A stretch of 39,931 bases of DNA from a virus (Duplodnaviria; Caudoviricetes): the IMG/VR virus record IMGVR_UViG_3300032212_000056, positions 1-39,931 of that record, one strand, 5' to 3'. The notes under the pieces are model-generated. The model did no database searches. It worked only from the letters and a program-made list of their open reading frames with translations, and had not been told where the DNA came from. Within the stretch, counting starts at the first letter, position 1, and each line of letters begins with the position of its first letter. The translations under genes were made by a program, and so were the position numbers. Positions 9,312-17,743 of the stretch are shown piece after piece.

Positions 9312-10550
9312 CTAATCCTTATGTTCAAATGCCTTCGGTCTGGTAGCCGATGCGGATACGCTCCGCACGACGTTCGTGAAGTCGCTGACGAGGTCGTTGG
9401 CTTCGCTGCGTGCGAGGCCTTGCACCAAGGCCATTTGCTTGAGGGCACCGAGTTCGGCTCGCAGGTCGTACGACTGGCGAGACCTTTCGATGAACCGTTC
9501 AAGCCGCATGACCATGACTCCGCGAGCTTCGTCTACATCATAGTTCGCTTCTTCCATGCACGCAACCCGAGCCATCTCCACGAGGCCCCGTTGTTCGTGA
9601 GGGAGGAGCCCATATCGGTGTCTCAGGTGCTGCATCGCTGTTCGCTGCGATCCGTCTATGAGAACGTCCACAGTCTCAGATATTAGAATCTCCTCGAACG
9701 TAACGAGTTCCATCCGCGAGGGCCAAGCCTGACGGGTCTCGGTCATCAGCTGAGGGAGAGCGTGCTCTGCAAGGTCTGGTACAGCTGGCGTTCCAGCACT
9801 CAGGCCCAGATTGGACGCGATGCGTTCGACGCAGTACATCCACATTTTCCAGAGCGGGCTGTCGTCGTCTCGATCCGGGGGGAGTACGGGCAATCCGATC
9901 GCGTAGGCGGGTTCGTCGGCGTCTGGGTCCATGCAGACCCTGTCCTCGATCGGCACCCGGTTCTCGAAGTCCATGATGCGGGCGACGACTGCGGGTGATC
10001 CTGTCGCAACGATCTCCTTGGAGAAGTCGCTGTCGGGGAGGGGGTCCGGCACACCGCTCGGGAGCTTCCAAGGGTCCAGATTGCCGAGATTGGGCCTCAG
10101 AGCGTCCGTGAGCGATTCTCCGGACGCTACGAGGTTCATGTGACGGGCGAGATCTCGCGTCATTCTCCACGCCAGCAGCATCCGCTCGCCGATCGTGTCC
10201 TCGATCGTGACCCTGTCCCGGTAAAACGCTGTCGCCAGCACCTCGCGTGCGAAGGCCTCATAACCCACTTCTCCGGGGCTTGGAGCTGGTTTTTGCTCGA
10301 TAAACTGGCGTATTCGGGGCTTTGCTGCGAGTGTAGGAAACCTCGCTGCACGGTCCTTGTTGAACGTGCGGTCGATCGCCTTGGCTTCGGATGAGTTGAA
10401 CGTACCCATATGGGCAGTATACGCCAAATAACAGGGTTGTGTTCTGGGCATGAAAAAACCCGGCTGATCTGGAGGAAGCAGCCGGGTCATCTCCGAGGGT
10501 GGGAGATCGCACAGGACTTGTATCATATCAGGAACTGACGGTCTCGTCAA
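9312..10550 (-). CDS. Hypothetical protein; C-terminus resembles terminase small subunit helices
   Basis: 412-aa ORF in the operon; ends ...RLERFIERSRQSYDLRAELGALKQMALVQGL. Confidence 0.6.
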   Translation of the reverse strand: MTRPSVPDMIQVLCDLPPSEMTRLLPPDQPGFFMPRTQPCYLAYTAHMGTFNSSEAKAIDRTFNKDRAARFPTLAAKPRIRQFIEQKPAPSPGEVGYEAFAREVLATAFYRDRVTIEDTIGERMLLAWRMTRDLARHMNLVASGESLTDALRPNLGNLDPWKLPSGVPDPLPDSDFSKEIVATGSPAVVARIMDFENRVPIEDRVCMDPDADEPAYAIGLPVLPPDRDDDSPLWKMWMYCVERIASNLGLSAGTPAVPDLAEHALPQLMTETRQAWPSRMELVTFEEILISETVDVLIDGSQRTAMQHLRHRYGLLPHEQRGLVEMARVACMEEANYDVDEARGVMVMRLERFIERSRQSYDLRAELGALKQMALVQGLARSEANDLVSDFTNVVRSVSASATRPKAFEHKD

Positions 10551-11490
10551 ATCCCTGCTGGAGCTGTGCCTGCTCTTGGTCTTGCCGGGCGTTCTGCTCC
10601 TCTTGGTCTGCGGCTGCGTCGAACAGCGGAGCCTCCTGCTCCTGAGCTTCCATGCCGAAGCACATCCTTGCGTCTCTCATTATCTGCTGCATCGACGCTG
10701 GGTCCAGTCCTGCCTCCCACAGTACGAACTCGTCGTACCCTAAGTCGTGCAATGCTTGCATCTGTGCCTGCAGGTGCATACGACTGCCTGAGCCCTTGCC
10801 TCCACCTGTAGGGAAGCAGCTAATCACGGGCAGCACTTCCACGTCTGGGTTTGTCATGCCTCGCTGCCACGACGCAGCCTGCACTGTCCATGCGTATGTC
10901 TCGTGAGGGTCGAGGCATTTTGTATGTCTGAGGTCTACAAACTGCACACTTACATGTGCCATGTCGTTGAGGTAGTTCGCGTGCCCTAATCGCAGGCCTG
11001 CGTCTAGGTGCGACTCGTAAGCTGGATACCTTTGGTTAGGTTGTCCGACCATGCCCAGACCTAATCCGATGTTCTCTCCTTGTCGCTCTCGTTCTAGGGT
11101 CATCCTGACGCATGACACCATACGCTCTGCCAGTTCCACTTCATTCAAGCTGTACGGGATCTCCGACTTGTTGAATGCCGTGTCTGTGCCCTCTGGGAAG
11201 CTGTCTTCGTCTGACCCGTCACGCTGTAGTTCGAGCTGAATCATCATGTGACCTAGCTGGAATCCTCCCACCTCTGCGTCCATGAGTAAGTTCAGCGTGC
11301 CTCCGCAGAGTACCTGCTCGCATAGATGCAGAAGTCTGTTGTTGTACACCAGCCTCTCTGTAGGGTCTACCTCCTTTCTCATTCGTACTACCCCTAGTTC
11401 CCTGCTGTCGAAGCCTGCGGCATTTACGATCTTGTGAACTGACGCTGTCCGCTCTCGTGAGCCTGTCGAGTGTATGTGAATCGTTGGCAT
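10528..11490 (-). CDS. Glycoside hydrolase-like TIM-barrel protein
   Basis: LLMDAE, LGMVGQP, VLPVIS and GYDEFVLW motifs; start at ATG 11490 behind GAAAGGGA. Confidence 0.55.
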   Translation of the reverse strand: MPTIHIHSTGSRERTASVHKIVNAAGFDSRELGVVRMRKEVDPTERLVYNNRLLHLCEQVLCGGTLNLLMDAEVGGFQLGHMMIQLELQRDGSDEDSFPEGTDTAFNKSEIPYSLNEVELAERMVSCVRMTLERERQGENIGLGLGMVGQPNQRYPAYESHLDAGLRLGHANYLNDMAHVSVQFVDLRHTKCLDPHETYAWTVQAASWQRGMTNPDVEVLPVISCFPTGGGKGSGSRMHLQAQMQALHDLGYDEFVLWEAGLDPASMQQIMRDARMCFGMEAQEQEAPLFDAAADQEEQNARQDQEQAQLQQGFDETVSS

Positions 11491-11550
11491 AACTGTGATC
11501 CCTTTCGTTGAGTGCTGCCTGTGCGGGCACGACGGTCGTGCTGTCCTTGA

Positions 11551-11579
11551 AGGGTAGCACATGAACGACGCTCAAGCAA
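11551..11579 (-). promoter_or_regulatory. Leftward sigma70-type promoter
   Basis: Minus strand TTGCTT-17 bp-TACCCT with extended -10 TGn, upstream of the first leftward gene; 5' hairpin GCACGA-ccg-TCGTGC follows. Confidence 0.5.
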
Positions 11580-12100
11580 GGCCGAAATCGGTCATGCACG
11601 GATGTACACGTACAAAGGGGAGAAAATCTGAACGGTGAAAATGTACGGGTTTCCTGCACTTTTAGGGCGAAAACGGTCAAGTACAGGCCTCTTTTGTACT
11701 CGAACCGGGACAGTTTCCTGCACTCTGGACAAACTTTTGGGGTCGGACAAAAAATGGGGGTCACGTAATATCGCCTCCCCCCGTACGCGAACGGGAAAGC
11801 TCCTAGTAGCCTCTATAGACCGATCGGTACAGGTGCAGGGTACAGGTACGCCGACGCTACAGGAAACCCATAAGATACGGGCTCGATAGTTTCATGCACT
11901 CAGGCACCCCCCACAGTACAGGAAACCATACCCGTACCTAGCGGGGGTTTCCTGTACGCAAGTACCTACAACACTACAGGAAACCGTACCCGTACAAGTA
12001 CCAGACAGCCGGCGACACTACAGGAAACCCCTTTTATGAACAAAAAGGCTACTTTATGACAGGTACGCATAAAGCCCCATAGGGTCGTCAATATAGGGGC

Positions 12101-12475
12101 TAACTGGTTCAGGTACAAGCACTTAGCACGCATAGCTATAGTTTCCTGCACTCAGAAACCCGTACGGATGCACAGAGGCTGACGGATTGATCCGTACACA
12201 CTAAAGCCCTGATAAATAGACACTTATGCACTCCCTGTACGGATGCACGGATTTCTATATACTTGTTACGGGAGATCAATAAAAAGTAGAGTAGGGATAT
12301 GTTATTTTTAGAGAATAGTATAATATGGTCCTACAAATATCCGTGCATCCGTACGCCCACAGGCTAAAGCACTGGAACGCAAGCACTTGCAGCGTACAGA
12401 AAGCCCGCCCGCATCCGTTCCGATCCGTACGGATGCGATAGATATGCACCTAAACCATTGCAGCGTATAGAGTTG
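12101..12475. other. Putative replication origin / terminus: dyad-symmetric element with AT-rich core
   Basis: 16-bp perfect IR (12237-12252 / 12339-12354) around an 86-bp AT-rich core; four 25-bp TAA-N17-ASTTR boxes; further ATCCGTAC/GTACGGAT copies. Confidence 0.6.
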
Positions 12476-12555
12476 CTATCCGTGCATCATCCGTACACAA
12501 TCAAGGCTCTACACCGTGCCCCGTCCACCCTAGCCCCTGACGATCAAGCACGAGC

Positions 12556-12651
12556 CCACAGAGCAGGCAAGGCCCACAGAGAACCGCCACAGAGAGCCCC
12601 CACAGAGAGCCCCCACAGAGAGCACCCACAGAGAGCCCCCACAAAGCACGC
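12556..12651 (+). repeat. 13-bp tandem repeat (CCACAGAGAGCCC-like), 6 units plus 1 detached
   Basis: CCACAGAG cores at 12574, 12587, 12600, 12613, 12626 and 12639 (CCACAAAG), plus 12556. Confidence 0.9.
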
Positions 12652-12738
12652 CCGTATAGGTTTCCTGTACACTCGCCTAGATTATTCTGCGTTTCTATCC
12701 CCCACCACAGCCCCCAAACGCAGGAAACCGCAAGGAAC

Positions 12739-12800
12739 TTGATTTATTTTTGCTTTTATCTCATGCAAGGCCTTGACGCAGCCGATAGGTATGCTATCTT
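12739..12800 (+). promoter_or_regulatory. Rightward early sigma70-type promoter with UP-like tract
   Basis: AT-rich tract 12739-12760, TTGACG (12773-78), 16 bp, TGc-TATCTT (12795-12800). Confidence 0.65.
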
Positions 12801-12808
12801 CTCAGTAT

Positions 12809-12851
12809 CAAACAACCACAGCCCAGCGACGCAGGGCAGAAAGGCAGACCA
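12809..12851 (+). repeat. Early-gene leader repeat copy 1 (partial)
   Basis: AAACAACCACA-GCCC-agcgacgca-GGGC-AGAAAGGCAGACCA-ATG. Confidence 0.85.
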
Positions 12852-13409
12852 ATGAACGACGCACAACGCAAGGCCAAAGCAGACCACGCAGAGAACACCG
12901 CACAAGCACAGGCCGATAGCCTCCTCAAGCACTACACCGCAGAGAAGGCCGTAGAAATCGCAGAGGCTTGGATCGTAACCAATAAGGAACTACAGCACGG
13001 GGCATTCAGCGTAGAGACCTACACCCGTGCTATCGAGATCATCAAGGAACGCACAGCCGACGCAGCCCCCGCAAGCTACGAGCAAGCCCTCATCGAAGCC
13101 AACAAAGACGCCCCCGCCGATACGCTGATCAGAGCCCTGTACGAATCGGGCTGCACCGTTGTAGACTGCGAAGACGGCGAGGAGCTGGAAACCGTACAGG
13201 ATTGTCTAGAAATGTGGTACAGTGTGGACGAACTAACCCTAGACATCGAAGGCGATACGGTCTCCTCTTTTGTATCGTTGATCCATCAGGACAAGCACAA
13301 CAAGCCCAGCATGGAGGACATATCGAACTATGGCACGAGCCTAGAGACCATACCCGCTATCAAAGCCGCACTGACAGAGGAGACATACGCCCCCGTCTAC
13401 AGAATCTGA
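12852..13409 (+). CDS. Early hypothetical protein (acidic)
   Basis: 185 aa; starts directly after the leader repeat/RBS. Confidence 0.8.
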   Translation: MNDAQRKAKADHAENTAQAQADSLLKHYTAEKAVEIAEAWIVTNKELQHGAFSVETYTRAIEIIKERTADAAPASYEQALIEANKDAPADTLIRALYESGCTVVDCEDGEELETVQDCLEMWYSVDELTLDIEGDTVSSFVSLIHQDKHNKPSMEDISNYGTSLETIPAIKAALTEETYAPVYRI

Positions 13410-13494
13410 CCACAGACCACAACGCTAGGCGGTCTCAACGGACCGCCGCAGCGATTCAACAAACCACAGCCCGCAAGGGCAGAAAGGCAGACCA
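13410..13494 (+). repeat. Early-gene leader repeat copy 2
   Basis: CGCTAGGCGGTCTCAACGGACCGCCGCAGCG hairpin, AC-rich linker, GCCC-GCAA-GGGC, AGAAAGGCAG. Confidence 0.95.
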
Positions 13495-13767
13495 ATGCAA
13501 ACACCTACAGAGAACATCCTAAACGACAAAGCCTCAATCGTCCCAAGCATTCACAAAGCACGCAAGGCGAGCGGGGGCGGTTGGTGGCAATGGCTCGGCG
13601 AGTTCATCGACCACAAGGGAACCGGGCACCCTATCCGTATCAAGGGGTACGGCACTTGGATGCAACTATTCACGATCGACGGCATAAAGCACTGGTCCAC
13701 GCCCGATGGTAGGGTCAAGGATATGACAGCGGACCTACAGAAAGGCCTAGACACGCTGCCCGCATGA
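13495..13767 (+). CDS. Early hypothetical protein
   Basis: 90 aa, bounded by leader repeats on both sides. Confidence 0.8.
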   Translation: MQTPTENILNDKASIVPSIHKARKASGGGWWQWLGEFIDHKGTGHPIRIKGYGTWMQLFTIDGIKHWSTPDGRVKDMTADLQKGLDTLPA

Positions 13768-13852
13768 ACCACAGCCCACAACGCTAGGCGGTCTCAACAG
13801 ACCGCCGCAGCGATTCAAACAACCACGCCCGCAAGGGCAGAAAGGCAGACCC
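13768..13852 (+). repeat. Early-gene leader repeat copy 3
   Basis: Near-identical to copy 2. Confidence 0.95.
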
Positions 13853-14389
13853 ATGAACACCACAGACCGCCACGAGGTACACCACAGCGACGACGCAGGC
13901 CCTAGCCCTATCCACTGGACCACGCCCGCCGCAGAGCATCGCAAGCCGCAGACCGTGTACACCAACGGGAACCATGCACGCTACACAATCAAAGTACAGC
14001 GGAACGCCTACCTGTCAATCAGCGGGGACAAGCTGCACCATATCGGATGCACCTACAGAATCAGAGTAGAGGACAAGGCCGGGGAGCTGATCGGCTACGG
14101 TCATACGGGCGAGGTGCTTGCACTGGTTCGCATCGTGGAGGACCAAGTAGGCGAGGCGACAGGACGCACGCTCTATCGAGACCTAAAGACCGCAGGCGTA
14201 GAGCTGGACAAGCACGAATCAGACCTATACGCACTCGATACCCCGGACGCACGCCGCATCATCGCACAACACGGGCACGAGCTGCAACCATTCCAAAGCA
14301 ACGCAGACCGCCGCCAATGGCTAGAGCTGCCTTTCCAGTATGATCCATTCTGGGACAAGGTAGAGGAACGCAGCCGCCGCAAGGCATGA
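13853..14389 (+). CDS. Early hypothetical protein with HESDLY...PFxYDPFW domain
   Basis: 178 aa; the C-terminal motif resembles an uncharacterised domain of phage/conjugative leading regions. Confidence 0.8.
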   Translation: MNTTDRHEVHHSDDAGPSPIHWTTPAAEHRKPQTVYTNGNHARYTIKVQRNAYLSISGDKLHHIGCTYRIRVEDKAGELIGYGHTGEVLALVRIVEDQVGEATGRTLYRDLKTAGVELDKHESDLYALDTPDARRIIAQHGHELQPFQSNADRRQWLELPFQYDPFWDKVEERSRRKA

Positions 14390-14478
14390 ACCACAGCACA
14401 CCCGCTAGGCGGTCTCAACGGACCGCCGCAGCGATTCAAATAACCACAGCCCAACAGGGCAGAAAGGCAGGCGACAGC
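14390..14478 (+). repeat. Early-gene leader repeat copy 4
   Basis: Same hairpin as copy 2; GCCC-AACA-GGGC; AGAAAGGCAG. Confidence 0.95.
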
Positions 14479-16764
14479 ATGAACGCAGAGCAAGCACAAC
14501 AGGCAGAGAACCGCAACACTTGGACCAGTGAAGCCGGACCCATTCAGACCAAACGAGTAGAGAAGGCCCTAAGCAAGTTCCGTCAAGCCTCAATAGGATA
14601 TATCGAGCTATGGGGTACACGAGGCGAGGACGAACACCGCAGCCATATTGTAGAACTGGGCCTAGGGTCTGGAGGTTCGCCGATGGTGCCCGCATCGGTT
14701 GAGAAGCTGCAGAGCATCGGCGAGGCGTACGGCTGGACAATCACAAGCAAGAATCATAAGGAGATTATCGGCGAACTGGAGGAGGCCGCCAAAGGTGTAG
14801 AGCTGCCAATCGTGGACAAGCTACGCAGCCCGGAAACCGTAGCCAAAGAGAAAGCAGAGCAGGCAGAGAGAGACGCAGCACGCAAGCAAGCACAAGCCGC
14901 AAGGGATGAGGATTGGTCTAAGATCATCGCCAAGGCACCCGCCAACGCTACAGCGGTCATCGTTGCCGAATATGAGGTAGACGACTGCGACAGCATGACG
15001 GACTATTTCAACGCCACAACGGACCGCCGAGTAGTTATCGGATTTAGGACCGGCAAGCGTGAAGATTTCAAGCAGTTGAGAGCCGCCGCCGCAGGCTTTG
15101 AAGAAACCAAGCACCTAGGCCCCGGTTGCGAACGCTGGACCATCCGAGCGATCGACAAGGGCGACGGTATGCACCATGTTCCCTACGATCTCCAGCGGGC
15201 AGAGTATGCGACAGAGGCAGAGGCCCTAGACGCTATCGAGCAGAGCGAAGGGACCGCAGGACTGGACCAATACGAGGCCCGCAGCGAATCCATCGAGCAC
15301 CGCGAAAACTACTCAATGGGAGCAGGTAACTACCTGAAATCAGGGCACCGATATAGTACAGGCTGGGCGGTCCGTTCCCGTGCATTGTCCACAAGTACGC
15401 ACTATGACCACGAGGACGGTGTACCCGAGAAGGCAGTACACGAGGCAAGCACGGACCACAGCCCAGCCCTAGAGGGTGCAGGGTACAGCATCCAAACGCA
15501 CTACCATACCAAGCGGGAAACAGATTTCTATATCGTGGTCCTAGACGACCGGGTAGAGCGTTCCGAGTTTGACGCTATCCGCTCCAGCTGCAAGGCCGCA
15601 GGGGGCTGGTATTCTCGCAAGTGGGGCAGCACGCCGGGAGGCTTCGCATTCATGGACCGGACCGCCGCAGAGAACTGGGCACGCTCAGAGTTTGGAGGCG
15701 ACGCACCAACGGACCCGGACGGGGACCGCTACCCCTTAGCAGAGGGGGAGAGCTTTGCAGCCCCATTCGGGGGAGCACCTGCCCCCGGTTGTGGTCCCAA
15801 GAATGACGGACGGCACCGCCAAGCCGCAGCGTTTCGAGTTCTTGCCGACAGACTGGGCAAGGATACGGACGCAGGGCAACGCACAGAGAACACGCCCAAG
15901 CAACGCAGGCAGGCGAGTCTAGCACGAGCCAACGCAAGCAACGCCCAGCACGCCCAGACCGCAGCCGCAGCCATTGCCGACGCACTGGAGGCGGGGACCT
16001 TGCCGGATTCGTTGAAGTCCGTACCCTGTACGCTTGCGGGATTGAAGAAGATCACAGCCCGCCGCATTGAGAGCGGACCGGGATACTATGACACCTTCTA
16101 CCCGACTGACGAGCTGGAGGTAGAAGACTCTCAGGCCGAGACTCTGAGGGACTGGATTCAGGGACTGGGCAAGGATACAGGACCAACGCCCGAGGAGCTG
16201 AAAGCACAGGCAGAGCGTGCAAGCGTACTGCACGAGAAGATCCCCGGATTCTTCCCGACACCCACAGAGGCAGCTCAACGCATGGTAGAGGCCGCAGGAC
16301 TCAGTACAGGGGACTGCGTACTCGAACCGTCCGCAGGCCGGGGAGACCTTGCCGACGCTATCGAGGAAGCTATCGGACCGGCTGGGGTGCTCCACTGTAT
16401 CGAAGTCAATCAACGACTCGCCGCACTTCACAGCTCAGAGACTCGACCCGTTCACTGTCTCGACTTCACAGAACAGGACCCCCGAGACTGGGACCAGTGC
16501 GATGCGGTCATTATGAACCCACCGTTTGAGAATGGACAGGACCGGCAGCACATTCTCCACGCTTGGGAGTTCCTGAAACCGGGCGGCTGCCTCGTGGCGA
16601 TCTGTTCCCCCGGCTCATTGACGAACAGCAGAGGGAACTATATCAACGGATTCAAGCGTTGGTTCAGTGACCACGATGTAGAGGTATTGGATAAGGAGGT
16701 CGGAGGATTCGCAGCGACCAAGATTCAAGCCGTAATGATTCGAGCATACAAACCACAGGACTGA
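14479..16764 (+). CDS. Polyvalent protein with C-terminal N6-adenine DNA methyltransferase domain
   Basis: FFPTP, VLEPSAGRG (motif I), IMNPPF (motif IV), LKPGG; N-terminal DSMTDYF / EHRENYSMGAGNYL and GGWYSRKW domains; start moved to ATG 14479 after the leader RBS. Confidence 0.85.
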   Translation: MNAEQAQQAENRNTWTSEAGPIQTKRVEKALSKFRQASIGYIELWGTRGEDEHRSHIVELGLGSGGSPMVPASVEKLQSIGEAYGWTITSKNHKEIIGELEEAAKGVELPIVDKLRSPETVAKEKAEQAERDAARKQAQAARDEDWSKIIAKAPANATAVIVAEYEVDDCDSMTDYFNATTDRRVVIGFRTGKREDFKQLRAAAAGFEETKHLGPGCERWTIRAIDKGDGMHHVPYDLQRAEYATEAEALDAIEQSEGTAGLDQYEARSESIEHRENYSMGAGNYLKSGHRYSTGWAVRSRALSTSTHYDHEDGVPEKAVHEASTDHSPALEGAGYSIQTHYHTKRETDFYIVVLDDRVERSEFDAIRSSCKAAGGWYSRKWGSTPGGFAFMDRTAAENWARSEFGGDAPTDPDGDRYPLAEGESFAAPFGGAPAPGCGPKNDGRHRQAAAFRVLADRLGKDTDAGQRTENTPKQRRQASLARANASNAQHAQTAAAAIADALEAGTLPDSLKSVPCTLAGLKKITARRIESGPGYYDTFYPTDELEVEDSQAETLRDWIQGLGKDTGPTPEELKAQAERASVLHEKIPGFFPTPTEAAQRMVEAAGLSTGDCVLEPSAGRGDLADAIEEAIGPAGVLHCIEVNQRLAALHSSETRPVHCLDFTEQDPRDWDQCDAVIMNPPFENGQDRQHILHAWEFLKPGGCLVAICSPGSLTNSRGNYINGFKRWFSDHDVEVLDKEVGGFAATKIQAVMIRAYKPQD

Positions 16765-16775
16765 TTTAGAATGCT

Positions 16776-16849
16776 CCACAGTTGCCCGCCCTAGCGGACG
16801 GGTACACTGTTTGAACAAACCACAGCCCCGCAGGGCAGAAAGGCACGCC
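16776..16849 (+). repeat. Early-gene leader repeat copy 5 (divergent first hairpin)
   Basis: ACAGT...cTAGCg...ACTGT hairpin, then AACAAACCACA-GCCC-CGCA-GGGC-AGAAAGGCA. Confidence 0.85.
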
Positions 16850-17590
16850 ATGAACTTCCTAGAGAAAGATAACATAGTCCGCACACTTGACGAGGCACGC
16901 ACAAAACTCCGAGACCTTGAGCACGACGGGGGACCGAACCACGATGTACTGTTTGAGGAGCTGGAGAATACAATCATGCACGCAGTTCAGCAGGTACAGC
17001 AGTGCGGTACAGGTGAGGGATCAATGGACCGGCACCAAGTACGCATGGTGATGGGCTGGCTCAAGAGCTTGATAATCCCCGAGTCTGGATGCACAGCGGA
17101 CGCAGCAGAGAAGACTATGGGACTGATTCGACAGCTTCACAAGCCCCGCATCGTGAACATCGTCATAGAAGGGGGCAAGGTCCAAAATGTACTCAAGTCT
17201 CCCGGTGTTGAGGTGACTGTAGAATATCCAGACGGAGACAGTCACAAAGCAGTCTCATACCCCGCAGACATTGCAGCATTCGACGACGACATCGACCACA
17301 CTATCGAGCCGATCGCGTTCGAGCGTGACAGCTTCAACCCGTTGAACATTCTCCCCGGTGCAAAGACGACGACCTACTACGCCAATGTCAACGGCGAGCC
17401 GTACGCCGCAGTGTTCCAAGATTGGCCGTACCCTCCCGAGTACGATAATGACGACGGGTTCACCCGACTGCAGCGGGGAGTCGAGAACCCACAGGGCGGC
17501 TATGACTGGATCACTGTACCATCGGCTGCACGCGAGGTAGAGGTAGCCCAACGCATGAGGGACTGCACTCTGCGATACTCCGATGCCTAG
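16850..17590 (+). CDS. Early hypothetical protein
   Basis: 246 aa from ATG 16850 after the leader; contains IVIEGGKVQNV. Confidence 0.8.
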   Translation: MNFLEKDNIVRTLDEARTKLRDLEHDGGPNHDVLFEELENTIMHAVQQVQQCGTGEGSMDRHQVRMVMGWLKSLIIPESGCTADAAEKTMGLIRQLHKPRIVNIVIEGGKVQNVLKSPGVEVTVEYPDGDSHKAVSYPADIAAFDDDIDHTIEPIAFERDSFNPLNILPGAKTTTYYANVNGEPYAAVFQDWPYPPEYDNDDGFTRLQRGVENPQGGYDWITVPSAAREVEVAQRMRDCTLRYSDA

Positions 17591-17612
17591 TCCGACCGTG
17601 TAACGACCTGCC

Positions 17613-17675
17613 GATCGGGGGTGGTTCCCCGGTCTCCAGCCCTGCCCCTAACCGGGCAGGGGACTGGATTTCAAG
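17613..17675 (+). terminator. Tandem hairpins, possible terminator/processing site
   Basis: GATCGGGG-gtggtt-CCCCGGTC, then TCCAG-CCCTGCCC-ctaacc-GGGCAGGG-ga-CTGGA followed by TTTC. Confidence 0.45.
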
Positions 17676-17743
17676 TTCTCTCAAGTGGAAGGAAAGGAGG
17701 CTAGTATGAATGATTAGCTAACAAGCACAGCAATGAATGCAAA

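Larger units (their letters stand above)
11649..12728. repeat. Dispersed CAGGAAAC iteron-like repeats (10 copies, both orientations)
   Basis: Forward at 11860, 11919, 11977, 12021, 12721; reverse at 11649, 11713, 11947, 12141, 12660. Confidence 0.85.

Noticed and set aside
11635-12742. ORFs within the repeat hub (11635-11889, 11966-12151, 12458-12742)
   Set aside because: They translate DNA repeats, lack an RBS, and have atypical composition
12556-14478. CRISPR array (tandem 13-mers or the ~85-bp repeats)
   Set aside because: The 13-mers have no spacers, the long repeats are separated by whole genes, and there is no cas operon
14386-14478. ORF-track N-terminal extension of the 792-aa ORF (likewise 16811-16849)
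   Set aside because: It merely translates the leader repeat; the RBS points to ATG 14479 (and 16850)
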